A stretch of 64,000 nt of DNA from Bacteroidota bacterium (GCA_046051225.1 JBJOOR010000007.1:19307-83306); one strand, 5' to 3'; numbered from the stretch's first letter, positions 31,511 through 41,747 are shown. Made by a program: numbers and translations. Notes: a model not told the origin generated them from the letters alone.

Positions 31511-33919
31511 ATGAAGAAAGGTTTTGCTGTAATAATATTTTCATTCATTTTAGTTCAACAATTATTTGCTCAAACAAGCATCATTAAAGGCAAAGTATCC
31601 AACGCCATGAATAATGAAGCATTGCCATTTGCAAGCATTCATATTTTAGAAACTGAATTTGGCGCTAATTCAGATGAAAATGGAAATTATGAAATCAAAA
31701 ATCTTAAACCCGGAACTTATAATATTGAATGTTCGATTATCGGATTTCAGAAAAAAATTGAATATGAAATTGTGGTTGAAAATAATAAACCTGCAACCAT
31801 AGATTTTAAATTAGAATCGAATTCAAAAAATTTAAAAGAAGTAAAAATTACGGCTGCTAATAAATTTTATAGCATGGATGAAAGTCCGTTGAGTGTTAGA
31901 AATATTGGTGCGAACGAGATACAACGCAACCCAGGAAGTAATCGTGATATTTCGAAAGTTATTCAAAATTTGCCAGGTGTGGCAAGTACGGTTTCGTATC
32001 GAAATGATTTATTGGTTCGTGGTGGTGGGCCAAGCGAAAACAGATTTTATTTAGATGGTGTTGAAATTGCAAACATTAACCATTTTGCCACACAAGGCAG
32101 CACAGGCGGCCCTGTTGGTTTATTAAATGTTGATTTTATAAAAGATGCAAATTTTTATAGCGGTGCATTTCCATCAAACCGAGGCAATAGTATGAGCAGC
32201 ATTTTAGATTTAACTAATAAAAACGGACGTACAGATCATTGGGGCGGCACTTTAACAAGCGGCTATACGGCTTCAGGATTGAGCTTGGAAGGGCCGTTAG
32301 GTAAAAAAACTTCAGCGTTATTTTCAATTCGCCAAAGCTATTTACAAATTTTATTTAAGCAAATTGGCTTACCATTTTTACCCACATTTAATGATTATCA
32401 ATTTAAAATATCAATTAAACCTAACAAGAAAAATGAAGTAATGATAATGGGTTTGGGCGCTATTGATAAATTTAAATACAACTTTGATCCGTTGAATACT
32501 AAAGACTCGGTTAGAAAAGAAAGTGCTATTTATATTTTAGGAAATTTAGCCACGTTAGAACAAAACAATAATACCGTTGGTTCAAGCTAGAAACACTATC
32601 GCAGCAATGGTTTCAGCTTAGTTGTATTAAGTGCAAATTGCTTGGTAAATAATAGTAGCAAATACAAAAACAACCAAACCGATGTGGATAGTTTAGCCAT
32701 TTTCAAATACAAAAGTGTTGAGGCCGAAATAAAATTAAGAGCCGAAAACACAATAAGAATAAATGACTATAAAATAAATTTTGGTGTTGGTGCCGAAAAT
32801 GCAACTTATACCAATTCAACTTTTAATAAATTAAGTTTACCTACTGGCATTTCAATTTTAGATTTTTCATCTCGATTAAACTTTATGAAATATGCTGCTT
32901 TTGGGCAAATAACTAAAAAATATGTAGATGAAAAACTAACACTTTCGTTAGGCATAAGAACCGATATGGCTGATTATTCAAATAAAATGATAAATCCTTT
33001 GCATCAGCTTTCGCCAAGGTTTTCAGCCAGTTATGCCATTGCTAAAAATGCTCATTTCAATTTTAATACTGGCGTTTATTATCAATTGCCATCTTACACT
33101 ATTTTAGGATTTAGAAACACGAATGGCGATTTAGTAAACAAGAATAATAATGTGCAATATATCCGCAGCAAACATGTGGTATTGGGTGCTGATTATTTCA
33201 CAAAATTTAATGCAAAATTTTCGGCTGAAGGCTTCTATAAATATTACGAACATTATCCTTTTTCGGTAGCTCAACAAGTTTCGTTAGCCAACCTTGGTGG
33301 CGATTTTGGTATCATTGGCAATGAGGCTGTAAGCAGCACCAATATTGGCAGAGCTTATGGTTTCGAGCTAAGTTATCAGCAAAAATTGTATAAAGGTTTT
33401 TATGGAATTTTTACCTACACTTTTGTAAGAAGCGAATTTCAAAATCAAAAAAATGAATTTGTAAGTGCATCGTGGGATTATAGAAATATTGTAAATGCAA
33501 CGATTGGAAAAAAGCTAAAACGCAATTGGGAAGTGGGTATGAAAATTCGTTATCAAGGTGGTCAACCTTATACACCATACGATTTAGAACGGTCGTTACA
33601 AAAAAATGTATGGGATATTACTAAACAAGGATTATTAAATTACAATATGCTAAATACCCAACGAACACAAGACTTTTGGGGCATTGATGTACGAGTTGAT
33701 AAAAAATATTTGTTCAAAAAATGGGCATTAATTTTTTATGCCGATGTGCAAAATGTAACGAATGCAAAATCTCGTCAGCAAGATTATTTATCAGTAAAAA
33801 CAGATGCAAATGGCAATCCATTATTGGATACCAATAAACCTGGTTATTATTTGCCAAAATATATTGTAAATACCAATGGCGTAATGACACCAAATTTGGG
33901 CGTTATTATAGAAATATAA
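31511..33919 (+). pseudogene. TonB-dependent receptor (carboxypeptidase-regulatory-like N-domain) interrupted by one in-frame TAG
   Basis: ORFs 31478..32590 and 32642..33919 are in the same frame. They are separated only by TAG at 32588-32590, with no other stop between. N-part is signal + CarbopepD_reg-like + plug; C-part is a beta-barrel. Likely start is ATG 31511 (MKKGFAVIIFSF...). Confidence 0.75.
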
Positions 33920-34069
33920 AACCTAAAAAAGTACAACTTTTTAATAAAGTGAAAATTGATTGCAGCAAATGTTTAATCAACATTTATATGCTGATTAAAA
34001 AATGCAACTATATTGAAATAGGTTGTTAATTTTGAAGATTGTTTTTCAAATTTAATCATTATTTATTTT

Positions 34070-35287
34070 ATGAAAAGTACATCGGGAATGTTAAGTAGCG
34101 AAGCATTAATGATGCCTCAAGAAAAATTGCAGGCATTGGCTAATAAAAATCAATCGCTAACGATTGGCATACCCAAGGAACAAACCTTTCAAGAAAACAG
34201 AATTTCGTTAACGCCCGAATCGGTGTTAACCCTTACCAATAATGGGCATCAAGTAATTATCGAAACAAAAGCTGGCGATGCTGCACATTTTTATGATACA
34301 GATTATTCGGAAGCTGGCGCACAAATAGTGTATAGCGCCGAAGAAGTTTTTAAATCTGATGTGATTATGAAAGTTGCACCATTAAGTATGGCAGAATTAG
34401 AATTTACCAAGCCTACCCAAATCATTTTTTCTGCAATTCATTTACCAGCCATGAAGGGCGAATTTTTAGAAAGAATGATGCAAAAAAAAATTACTGCTGT
34501 TGCTTTTGAATATTTAAAAGATAGCAGCAATACATTTCCGATAGTGCACAGCATGAGCGAAATAGCTGGGTATGCAGCCATATTAATTGCATCCGAATTA
34601 TTAAGCGATAATAAAAATGGTAAAGGAATTTTGTTGGGTGGTATCACAGGTGTTCCACCTGCTAAAGTGGTAATTTTAGGAGCTGGTGTTGTGGGCGAAT
34701 TTGCAAGCCGAACTGCTTTAGGATTAGGAGCCGAAGTTAAAATATTTGATAATAGCACTCATAAATTAATGAGTCTTCAAAATAATATTGGTACACGAGT
34801 TTATACATCCATCATCTATCCCGAAATATTAAAAAAAGAATTGCAAACGGCTGATATCGCTATTGGCAGCATACCAAGTGAAGCTGGGCAATCGGCAATG
34901 GTTGTAACCGAAGATATGGTTCAACAAATGAAATCGGGTTCGGTAATTATTGATGTAAGTATTGATCAGGGCGGATGTTTTGAAACATCAGAATTAACCA
35001 ATCATAAAAATCCAACTTTTAAAAAGTATGATGTAACACATTATTGTGTTCCTAATATTGCTAGCCGATTTGCTCGTACGGCTTCGTATGCCATCAGCAA
35101 TGTATTAACTCGTAAAATTTTACGAGCAGGGCAATTAGGTGGATTTGAAAAATTATTATACTCTCAAGATGGTACTAGGCATGGCGTTTACATGTATCGA
35201 GGTTCGGTAACGAATAAGCATATTGCCGAAAAATTTCATGTAAAACATACCGATTTAGGATTGCTATTTACAGCAAGCAACGGATAA
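34070..35287 (+). CDS. ald: alanine dehydrogenase family protein
   Basis: IGIPKE..ENRISLTPESV N-domain and NAD-binding VVILGAGVVG. The N-terminal ~30 aa extension leaves the start uncertain. Confidence 0.75.
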   Translation: MKSTSGMLSSEALMMPQEKLQALANKNQSLTIGIPKEQTFQENRISLTPESVLTLTNNGHQVIIETKAGDAAHFYDTDYSEAGAQIVYSAEEVFKSDVIMKVAPLSMAELEFTKPTQIIFSAIHLPAMKGEFLERMMQKKITAVAFEYLKDSSNTFPIVHSMSEIAGYAAILIASELLSDNKNGKGILLGGITGVPPAKVVILGAGVVGEFASRTALGLGAEVKIFDNSTHKLMSLQNNIGTRVYTSIIYPEILKKELQTADIAIGSIPSEAGQSAMVVTEDMVQQMKSGSVIIDVSIDQGGCFETSELTNHKNPTFKKYDVTHYCVPNIASRFARTASYAISNVLTRKILRAGQLGGFEKLLYSQDGTRHGVYMYRGSVTNKHIAEKFHVKHTDLGLLFTASNG

Positions 35288-35312
35288 TTATTTTATAAAA
35301 AAGATAAAAAAA

Positions 35313-36353
35313 ATGGCAAAAAAAGAAACAACAAATCCGCTAAAAGATTTTAATCCAAATAATGTAGCAAGCACAGGTAATAATATTTTTGGATTACCAT
35401 TTTCTGAAAAAAATTCAAAGTTAGTATTAATGCCCGTTCCATGGGAAGTAACTGTATCTTATAGCAGCGGCACTGCTAAAGGGCCGAAGGCAATTTTTGA
35501 TGCATCAATGCAAGTTGATTTGTATGATGCCATTATGCCTAATGCTTGGCAAAAAGGTATTTTTATGTTGGATGAAAATAAAGCATTAGCAAAAAAAAGT
35601 AAAGCTCATCGTGGTTTAGTTGAACAATATATTGATGATTTGCAAAATGGAAAAACAAATGAAAATACCACAAAAAAAGTAAATGCTGTTTGTGTTGAAA
35701 TGATAAATGAAGTTGAAAAAACAACCTCAAAATTATTAGATGAAAATAAATTGGTTGGGCTTGTAGGTGGCGACCATAGCACACCTTTAGGATTTTTAAC
35801 AGCATTAGCAAAACGTCATAAAGAATTTGGAATTTTACAAATTGATGCACATTGCGATTTAAGAAATGCTTACGAAGGCTTTTCGTTTAGCCATGCATCA
35901 ATTATGTATAATGCTTTACAAATTCCGAACATCAGTAAATTAGTTCAAGTTGGAATTAGAGATTATTGCGAAGAAGAATTCAATTTTATTCAAACCAATA
36001 AAAAGAGAGTACATACTTTTTTTGATAAGAATATTAAGCATGATTTATATGAAGGCAAATCGTGGAAATCAATTTGCGAAAAAATGGTTGATGCATTGCC
36101 TGAAAAAGTTTACATCAGTTTTGATATTGATGGTTTAGATCCAAAACTTTGCCCTAACACTGGAACGCCTGTTGCTGGAGGATTAGAGTTTGAACAAGCC
36201 GTTTATTTAATGGAAACTTTATTAAGTAAAAAGAAAAAAATAATTGGTTTTGATTTAAATGAAGTAGCTCCTGGAAAAGATGAATGGGATGCAAATGTTG
36301 GCGCAAGAATGTTGTTTAAAATGTGTCATTTAATTTTAAAGTCAAATAATTAA
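35313..36353 (+). CDS. arginase/agmatinase/formimidoylglutamase family hydrolase
   Basis: Mn-binding motifs GGDHS, DAHCDLR and SFDIDGLDP. Confidence 0.8.
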   Translation: MAKKETTNPLKDFNPNNVASTGNNIFGLPFSEKNSKLVLMPVPWEVTVSYSSGTAKGPKAIFDASMQVDLYDAIMPNAWQKGIFMLDENKALAKKSKAHRGLVEQYIDDLQNGKTNENTTKKVNAVCVEMINEVEKTTSKLLDENKLVGLVGGDHSTPLGFLTALAKRHKEFGILQIDAHCDLRNAYEGFSFSHASIMYNALQIPNISKLVQVGIRDYCEEEFNFIQTNKKRVHTFFDKNIKHDLYEGKSWKSICEKMVDALPEKVYISFDIDGLDPKLCPNTGTPVAGGLEFEQAVYLMETLLSKKKKIIGFDLNEVAPGKDEWDANVGARMLFKMCHLILKSNN

Positions 36354-36358
36354 TTCTA

Positions 36359-36390
36359 TTTGGAAAATCGTAGTTTGAATACTACTTTTG
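36359..36390 (+). promoter_or_regulatory. candidate nuo promoter (-33 TTTG, -7 TActTTTG)
   Basis: tttg at 36359-36362 and tacttttg at 36383-36390, 20 nt apart. The -7 box ends 22 nt before the nuoA ATG. Confidence 0.45.
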
Positions 36391-36412
36391 TTCTAAATTT
36401 TTAATCAAAAAA

Positions 36413-36781
36413 ATGAATAGTATTCCGTCAGATTTTTTACCCATTCTTTTATTGTTTGCTTGTGCGGCAGGCTTTGTTACTGTGGTTATGGTGTTAACCC
36501 ATTTCATTGGCACAAAACGTTTAGGCAGCAAGCACAATGATAATTTTGAATGTGGTTTACCAATTGTAGATAATGCTCGTCAGCCCATCAGTATCAAGTA
36601 TTTTTTAACAGCTATTTTGTTTGTGTTGTTTGATGTAGAAGTAATTTTCTTTTACCCTTATGCCGTGAATTACAAAGGTTTGGGTTGGGAAGGCTTGATG
36701 GCAGTATTAATTTTCATCGCATTTTTTCTTTGCGGATTTATTTACATCATTAAAAAAGGCGCATTGGATTGGGAACAATAA
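36413..36781 (+). CDS. nuoA: NADH-quinone oxidoreductase subunit A
   Basis: 122 aa, three TM segments. FECGLP and FDVEVIFFYPYA motifs. Confidence 0.93.
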   Translation: MNSIPSDFLPILLLFACAAGFVTVVMVLTHFIGTKRLGSKHNDNFECGLPIVDNARQPISIKYFLTAILFVLFDVEVIFFYPYAVNYKGLGWEGLMAVLIFIAFFLCGFIYIIKKGALDWEQ

Positions 36782-36814
36782 TTTCATTGCTTAATAACTC
36801 AATTTTTAAAAATT

Positions 36815-37360
36815 ATGTCGAACGTAAAAATAGATAAAGCACCAGCAGGATTTGAAGCACCAGGTTTTTTTGCAACACAGTTAGATGCTGTGGTGGGAAT
36901 GGCTCGTAAAAATTCTATCTGGCCATTGCCATTTGCTACAAGCTGCTGTGGTATTGAGTTTATGGCAACAATGGCAAGCAATTATGACTTGGCAAGATTT
37001 GGTGCAGAGCGTTTAGGATTCAGCCCACGTCAGTGCGATTTGTTGATGGTGATGGGAACTATTTCAAAAAAAATGGGACCTGTTTTACGTCAAGTGTATG
37101 AGCAAATGGCAGAGCCTCGTTGGGTGATTGCAGTTGGAGCTTGTGCATCAAGTGGTGGAATTTTTGATACTTATTCGGTGATGCAAGGCATTGATGAAGT
37201 GATACCTGTTGATGTTTATGTACCAGGCTGTCCACCACGACCAGAGGCTATTTTGGATGGTTTTATGAAAATTCAAGAATTGGTTGGAACTGAAAGTGTG
37301 AGAAGAAGAGATAGCGAAGAATACAAAGAAATGTTGAAGCGGTATAACATGGCAGTGTAA
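36815..37360 (+). CDS. nuoB: NADH-quinone oxidoreductase subunit B
   Basis: CCGIEFMA, GACA..GG and PGCPPRPE motifs (N2 cluster ligands). Confidence 0.96.
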   Translation: MSNVKIDKAPAGFEAPGFFATQLDAVVGMARKNSIWPLPFATSCCGIEFMATMASNYDLARFGAERLGFSPRQCDLLMVMGTISKKMGPVLRQVYEQMAEPRWVIAVGACASSGGIFDTYSVMQGIDEVIPVDVYVPGCPPRPEAILDGFMKIQELVGTESVRRRDSEEYKEMLKRYNMAV

Positions 37361-37363
37361 AAA

Positions 37364-37453
37364 CAAGTCATCAGTCATTGGACATTTGTCATTAGTAAAT
37401 ACAAATGTTTCTCACCAATGACTATTGACGAATAACAAATGACTATTTATGAC
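37364..37453. repeat. heptamer-repeat palindromic element, copy B (fills the nuoB-nuoC spacer)
   Basis: Left units: caagtca tcagtca ttggaca tttgtca ttagtaa. Loop atacaaatgtttctcaccaa. Right units: tgactat tgacgaa taacaaa tgactat ttatgac. The last unit contains the nuoC ATG (37449). Confidence 0.7.
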
Positions 37454-37982
37454 AAACGAAGAAATATTAAACAAGCTGAAAGAACATTTTGCTGATGCAA
37501 TAATTAGCAGCGAAGAGCAATATGGAATGCTTTCAGTTACTTTGAATAAAGAACAAATTATGCCAGTAATGCATTTTTTGTTTAATGATGAAGCCTTGAA
37601 TTTTAAATTCCTGACTGACTTATGCGGCATTCATTATCCTGATAACAAAGGTGCTGAATTAGGTGTTGTTTATCATTTGCACAACATGATGAACAATGTT
37701 CGTTTGCGTTTAAAATGTTTTATGCCGATTGAAAATCCAACTATAAAAACTGCAACAAATTTATTCAGTGCAGCTAATTGGATGGAAAGAGAAACATTTG
37801 ATTTTTACGGAATTATTTTCGAAGGTCATCCTAATCTAAAACGTATTTTGAATATGGATGAAATGACGGTGTTCCCGATGCGTAAAGAGTTTCCATTAGA
37901 AGATCCATTTAGAAAAGATAAGGAAGATAGATTCTTCGGAAGAACACAGAATAATGAAGCGGTGATAAATACAAAAATGTAA
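37449..37982 (+). CDS. nuoC: NADH-quinone oxidoreductase subunit C
   Basis: 177 aa. The ERETFDFYGIIFEGHPNLKRIL motif is typical of NuoC. Confidence 0.93.
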   Translation: MTNEEILNKLKEHFADAIISSEEQYGMLSVTLNKEQIMPVMHFLFNDEALNFKFLTDLCGIHYPDNKGAELGVVYHLHNMMNNVRLRLKCFMPIENPTIKTATNLFSAANWMERETFDFYGIIFEGHPNLKRILNMDEMTVFPMRKEFPLEDPFRKDKEDRFFGRTQNNEAVINTKM

Positions 37983-37997
37983 AATTAGAAAGCATTC

Positions 37998-39200
37998 ATG
38001 TCAAAACACATACAACTTGTTGACGAAATAGAAGAAAGAACCCAGACACTTAATCTGGGACCTACACATCCTGCTACACATGGTATTTTCCAGAACATTT
38101 TGGAAATTGATGGTGAGATTGTGAAAAGTGCAGAGCAAACTGTAGGATATATTCATCGTGCATTTGAGAAACTGGCTGAACGTCGTCCGTTTTATCAAAT
38201 CACCCCGATTACAGATAGATTGAACTACTGTTCATCACCAATCAATAACATGGGTTGGCACATGACAGTAGAGAAATTAGCAGGAATCACCTTGCCAAAA
38301 CGTGTTGAATATCTTCGTGTAATCATCATGGAATTATCACGTATTGCTGACCATCTGGTTTGTAATTCGGTAATAGGTGTTGATACAGGAGCTTTGACTG
38401 GCTTCACTTACATGTTCCAGGAACGTGAATTTATTTACGAAATATTTGAAGAAATATGCGGTAGCCGTTTGACTACTAACATTGGTCGTATTGGTGGATT
38501 GGAAAGAGATTTTAGCGATGCTTGTTGGCAGAAGATTGAAAAATTCATGACTGATTTTCCAAAAAAATTCAATGAGTTTGATTCGCTTTTAACTCGTAAC
38601 AGAATTTTCATGGACAGATGCAAAGGTGCAGGTCCTATCAGTGCCGAACGTGCATTGAATTATGGTTTCACTGGACCAAATCTTCGTGCAGCAGGTGTTG
38701 ATTATGATGTTCGTGTTACATCACCTTACAGCAGTTATCAGGATTTTGAATTTGAAGTTCCTGTTGGAACTACTGGTGATACTTACGATAGATTTTTGGT
38801 GCGTCAGGAAGAAATTCGTCAATCATTAAGAATCATTCGTCAGGCAATTGATAAGTTGCCGAAGGAAGGCGGCTTTCATGCCGATGTGCCGCATTATTAT
38901 TTGCCACAAAAAGAAGAAGTGTATCATAATATGGAAGCGTTGATTTATCACTTTAAGATTGTGATGGGTGAAAACGAATTGCCTGTTGGCGAAGTGTATC
39001 ATAGTGTGGAAGGTGGTAATGGCGAATTAGGATTTTACTTAGTGAGTGATGGTGGAAGAAGCCCGTATCGTTTGCACTTCCGCCGACCATGTTTTATTTA
39101 TTATCAGGCATATCCTGAAATGATTAAGGATGGTTTGTTAAGTGACGCCATCCTGACGATGAGTAGTATGAATGTGATTGCAGGCGAATTGGATGCTTAA
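37998..39200 (+). CDS. nuoD: NADH-quinone oxidoreductase subunit D
   Basis: 400 aa. LNLGPTHPATHG, RIGGLERD-type and C-terminal MSSMNVIAGELDA motifs. Confidence 0.96.
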   Translation: MSKHIQLVDEIEERTQTLNLGPTHPATHGIFQNILEIDGEIVKSAEQTVGYIHRAFEKLAERRPFYQITPITDRLNYCSSPINNMGWHMTVEKLAGITLPKRVEYLRVIIMELSRIADHLVCNSVIGVDTGALTGFTYMFQEREFIYEIFEEICGSRLTTNIGRIGGLERDFSDACWQKIEKFMTDFPKKFNEFDSLLTRNRIFMDRCKGAGPISAERALNYGFTGPNLRAAGVDYDVRVTSPYSSYQDFEFEVPVGTTGDTYDRFLVRQEEIRQSLRIIRQAIDKLPKEGGFHADVPHYYLPQKEEVYHNMEALIYHFKIVMGENELPVGEVYHSVEGGNGELGFYLVSDGGRSPYRLHFRRPCFIYYQAYPEMIKDGLLSDAILTMSSMNVIAGELDA

Positions 39201-39259
39201 TTAATTTGAAAATGAAACACACTTTGCGCCCTTACGCCTTTGTGTGAAAAATACAAAAG

Positions 39260-39757
39260 ATGAAATTCACAGAAAAAGATTTACAAAAAGCAAACGAAAT
39301 AATTGCTCGTTATCCAGCAGATAGAAGCAAATCGGCATTGTTGCCTGTGTTGCACATTGCGCAAGATGCGAACGGCGGCTGGTTGAGTGTTGAAGCGATG
39401 GATGCGGTGGCTGAATTATTGAAAATTACAAAAATTGAAGTGTATGAAGTGGCTTCATTTTACAGCATGTATAATTTGAAACCTGTTGGAAAATATGTGT
39501 TTGAATTTTGCCAAACCGGTCCTTGCAATATTCAAGGTGTGAAAGATGTGATTAAATACACCGAGAAAAAATTGGGTGTGAAAGAAGGCGAAGTAACTGC
39601 TGATGGCTTGTTTTCATGGAAACGTGTAGAGTGCTTGGGTGCTTGCGGTTATGCGCCGATGATGCAATTGGGCGAACATTTTCGTGAACATTTAACCGCT
39701 GAAAAAATTGATGCAATCATCGATGAGTATCGCAAAAAAGCTGTGGCGTTGAATTAA
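39260..39757 (+). CDS. nuoE: NADH-quinone oxidoreductase subunit E
   Basis: 165 aa. 2Fe-2S ligand pattern C..GPC...ECLGACGYAPMMQ. Confidence 0.93.
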   Translation: MKFTEKDLQKANEIIARYPADRSKSALLPVLHIAQDANGGWLSVEAMDAVAELLKITKIEVYEVASFYSMYNLKPVGKYVFEFCQTGPCNIQGVKDVIKYTEKKLGVKEGEVTADGLFSWKRVECLGACGYAPMMQLGEHFREHLTAEKIDAIIDEYRKKAVALN

Positions 39758-39781
39758 AATTCTGAAACTAAATCTTTTAAA

Positions 39782-40009
39782 ATGTCAGCAATAGAAATAC
39801 AAAAAGAAGTAGAAAGTTTACCTATTGAAATGCAAAAAGAGGTGGAGCATTTTATTGGTTATTTGAAAAGCAAAATAACTTCTTCCCAAAAACCAAAAGA
39901 TAAAATGAAAATGGAATGGGCAGGAGCTTTGAAAGAATTTAAGAACCAATACACATCAGTCGAATTGCAGCATGAGATTTTAAAAGATTGGCAAAACTTA
40001 AGCAAATGA
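39782..40009 (+). CDS. DUF2281-like antitoxin
   Basis: 75 aa. N-terminal IQKEVESLPIEMQKEVEHFIGYLKSK resembles DUF2281 antitoxins. Its TGA overlaps the ATG of the PIN gene (ATGA at 40006-40009). Confidence 0.65.
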   Translation: MSAIEIQKEVESLPIEMQKEVEHFIGYLKSKITSSQKPKDKMKMEWAGALKEFKNQYTSVELQHEILKDWQNLSK

Positions 40010-40401
40010 AGTATTTGATTGACACAAATATTTTTTTAGAGATTTTGCTCAATCAAAATAATGCTGAAAAATGTTCTTCATTTCTTTCAGAAAACGTTGG
40101 TGAATGGGCAGTTTCAGATTTTGCAATCCATTCCATAGGATTAAAATTGTTCAATACAAAAATTGATTTGAAATCAACTTTCATTCAATTTATCAACGAC
40201 ATTAATTTGCACTCAAAAATATTGAGTTCAATTTCAAGTGAAAATTTCGATTTTATTCTAAAAGGAATAAATCAAAATTTGGATTATGATGATGCTTATC
40301 AATTATTAATTGCCGAATTGCATGATTTGACAATTGTAACTTTAGATAATGATTTTAAAAAAGTAAATAACCAAAATAGAATTCTCTTTATAAATAAATG
40401 A
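40006..40401 (+). CDS. PIN-domain ribonuclease toxin (VapC-like)
   Basis: 131 aa from ATG 40006. MKYLIDTNIFLE (first acidic residue), then DYDDAYQ and TLDNDF acidic motifs in PIN order. Its stop overlaps the nuoF ATG (ATGA at 40398-40401). Confidence 0.75.
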   Translation: MKYLIDTNIFLEILLNQNNAEKCSSFLSENVGEWAVSDFAIHSIGLKLFNTKIDLKSTFIQFINDINLHSKILSSISSENFDFILKGINQNLDYDDAYQLLIAELHDLTIVTLDNDFKKVNNQNRILFINK

Positions 40402-41747
40402 GCAGAAAATTATTAATAGACAAAGCGCACATTGCAGGCATCGAAACTTTTGAAGTGTATCGCAAAGAAGGTGGTTATCAGGCTGCTGAAAAGGCTTTGA
40501 AGACAATGACGCCTGATGAAGTTACCGAAGAAGTTAAAAAATCGGGCTTGAAAGGCAGAGGTGGCGCAGGTTTCCCGATGGGTATGAAATGGAGTTTTTT
40601 GGCAAAGCCCGAAGGTGTGCCTCGTTACTTAGTTTGCAACGCTGATGAAAGTGAGCCTGGTACTTTCAAAGACAGATTTTTGATGGAAAAAGTGCCACAC
40701 ATTTTCATCGAAGGTTTGATTATTTCATCTTATGCGTTAGGCGCAAATACTTGCTACATCTACATTCGCGGTGAGTACGCTTGGATTGCGAAAATTTTGG
40801 AACGAACAATTGCCGAAGCAAAAGCAAATGGCTTTATCGGAAAAAATATTTTAGGCAAAGGTTTCGATTTGGAAATTTACGTACATCGTGGTGCAGGCGC
40901 ATACATTTGTGGCGAAGAAACTGCGTTGTTAGAATCACTAGAAGGCAAACGTGGAAACCCACGAATGAAGCCACCTTTCCCAGCAGTGAAAGGCTTGTAT
41001 GGTTGCCCAACGGTGGTAAATAATGTGGAATCCTTAACGGCTGTTGTGCCAATTATTAATCTTGGTGGAAGTGAATATGCAAAAATCGGAACAGAAAAAA
41101 GTACAGGCACAAAATTGATTTCTGCCTCTGGAAATATTAATAAACCTGGTGTTTACGAAATTGAATTAGGAATTTCGGTAGAAGATTTTGTGATGAGTGA
41201 TGAATATTGTGGCGGAATAAAAAACGGAAAAAAATTAAAAGCTTGTGTGCCGGGTGGTTCATCAGTTCCAATTTTACCACACGATTTATTATTCAAAACT
41301 GCAAAAGGCGAAACTCGTTTGATGAGTTACGAAAGCATGAGTGATGGCGGTTTTGCGACTGGTTCAATGATTGGTTCAGGTGGATTTATTGTGTATGATG
41401 AAGACCAATGCATTGTTGAAAATACGTACAATTTCACTCGTTTCTATCGTCATGAAAGCTGCGGACAATGCAGCCCTTGCCGCGAAGGAACAGGCTGGAT
41501 GGAAAAAGTTTTACATCGCTTGGATAATGGAAATGGAAAAATTGAAGACATTGATTTGTTGTGGGATATTCAACGCAAAATTGAAGGCAACACGATTTGT
41601 CCGTTGGGCGATGCAGCCGCATGGCCTGTTGCTGCAGCCATTCGACACTTCCGTGAAGAATTTGAATGGCATGTTACGCATCCAAAAGAAGCATTGGAAA
41701 GAAATTATGGATTGAGGAAGAATGTTTTTGTGCCTGCTGCCGTTTAA
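40398..41747 (+). CDS. nuoF: NADH-quinone oxidoreductase subunit F
   Basis: 449 aa. GRGGAGFP (FMN site) and ESCGQCSPCREG (4Fe-4S) motifs. Confidence 0.96.
   Translation: MSRKLLIDKAHIAGIETFEVYRKEGGYQAAEKALKTMTPDEVTEEVKKSGLKGRGGAGFPMGMKWSFLAKPEGVPRYLVCNADESEPGTFKDRFLMEKVPHIFIEGLIISSYALGANTCYIYIRGEYAWIAKILERTIAEAKANGFIGKNILGKGFDLEIYVHRGAGAYICGEETALLESLEGKRGNPRMKPPFPAVKGLYGCPTVVNNVESLTAVVPIINLGGSEYAKIGTEKSTGTKLISASGNINKPGVYEIELGISVEDFVMSDEYCGGIKNGKKLKACVPGGSSVPILPHDLLFKTAKGETRLMSYESMSDGGFATGSMIGSGGFIVYDEDQCIVENTYNFTRFYRHESCGQCSPCREGTGWMEKVLHRLDNGNGKIEDIDLLWDIQRKIEGNTICPLGDAAAWPVAAAIRHFREEFEWHVTHPKEALERNYGLRKNVFVPAAV

Noticed and set aside
39201-39259. Small GC-rich hairpin (cacac-ttt-gcg...cgc-cttt-gtgtg) between nuoD and nuoE as another repeat element.
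   Set aside because: Only 5+3 bp of pairing, and no second copy in the window. That is too little to distinguish it from chance.
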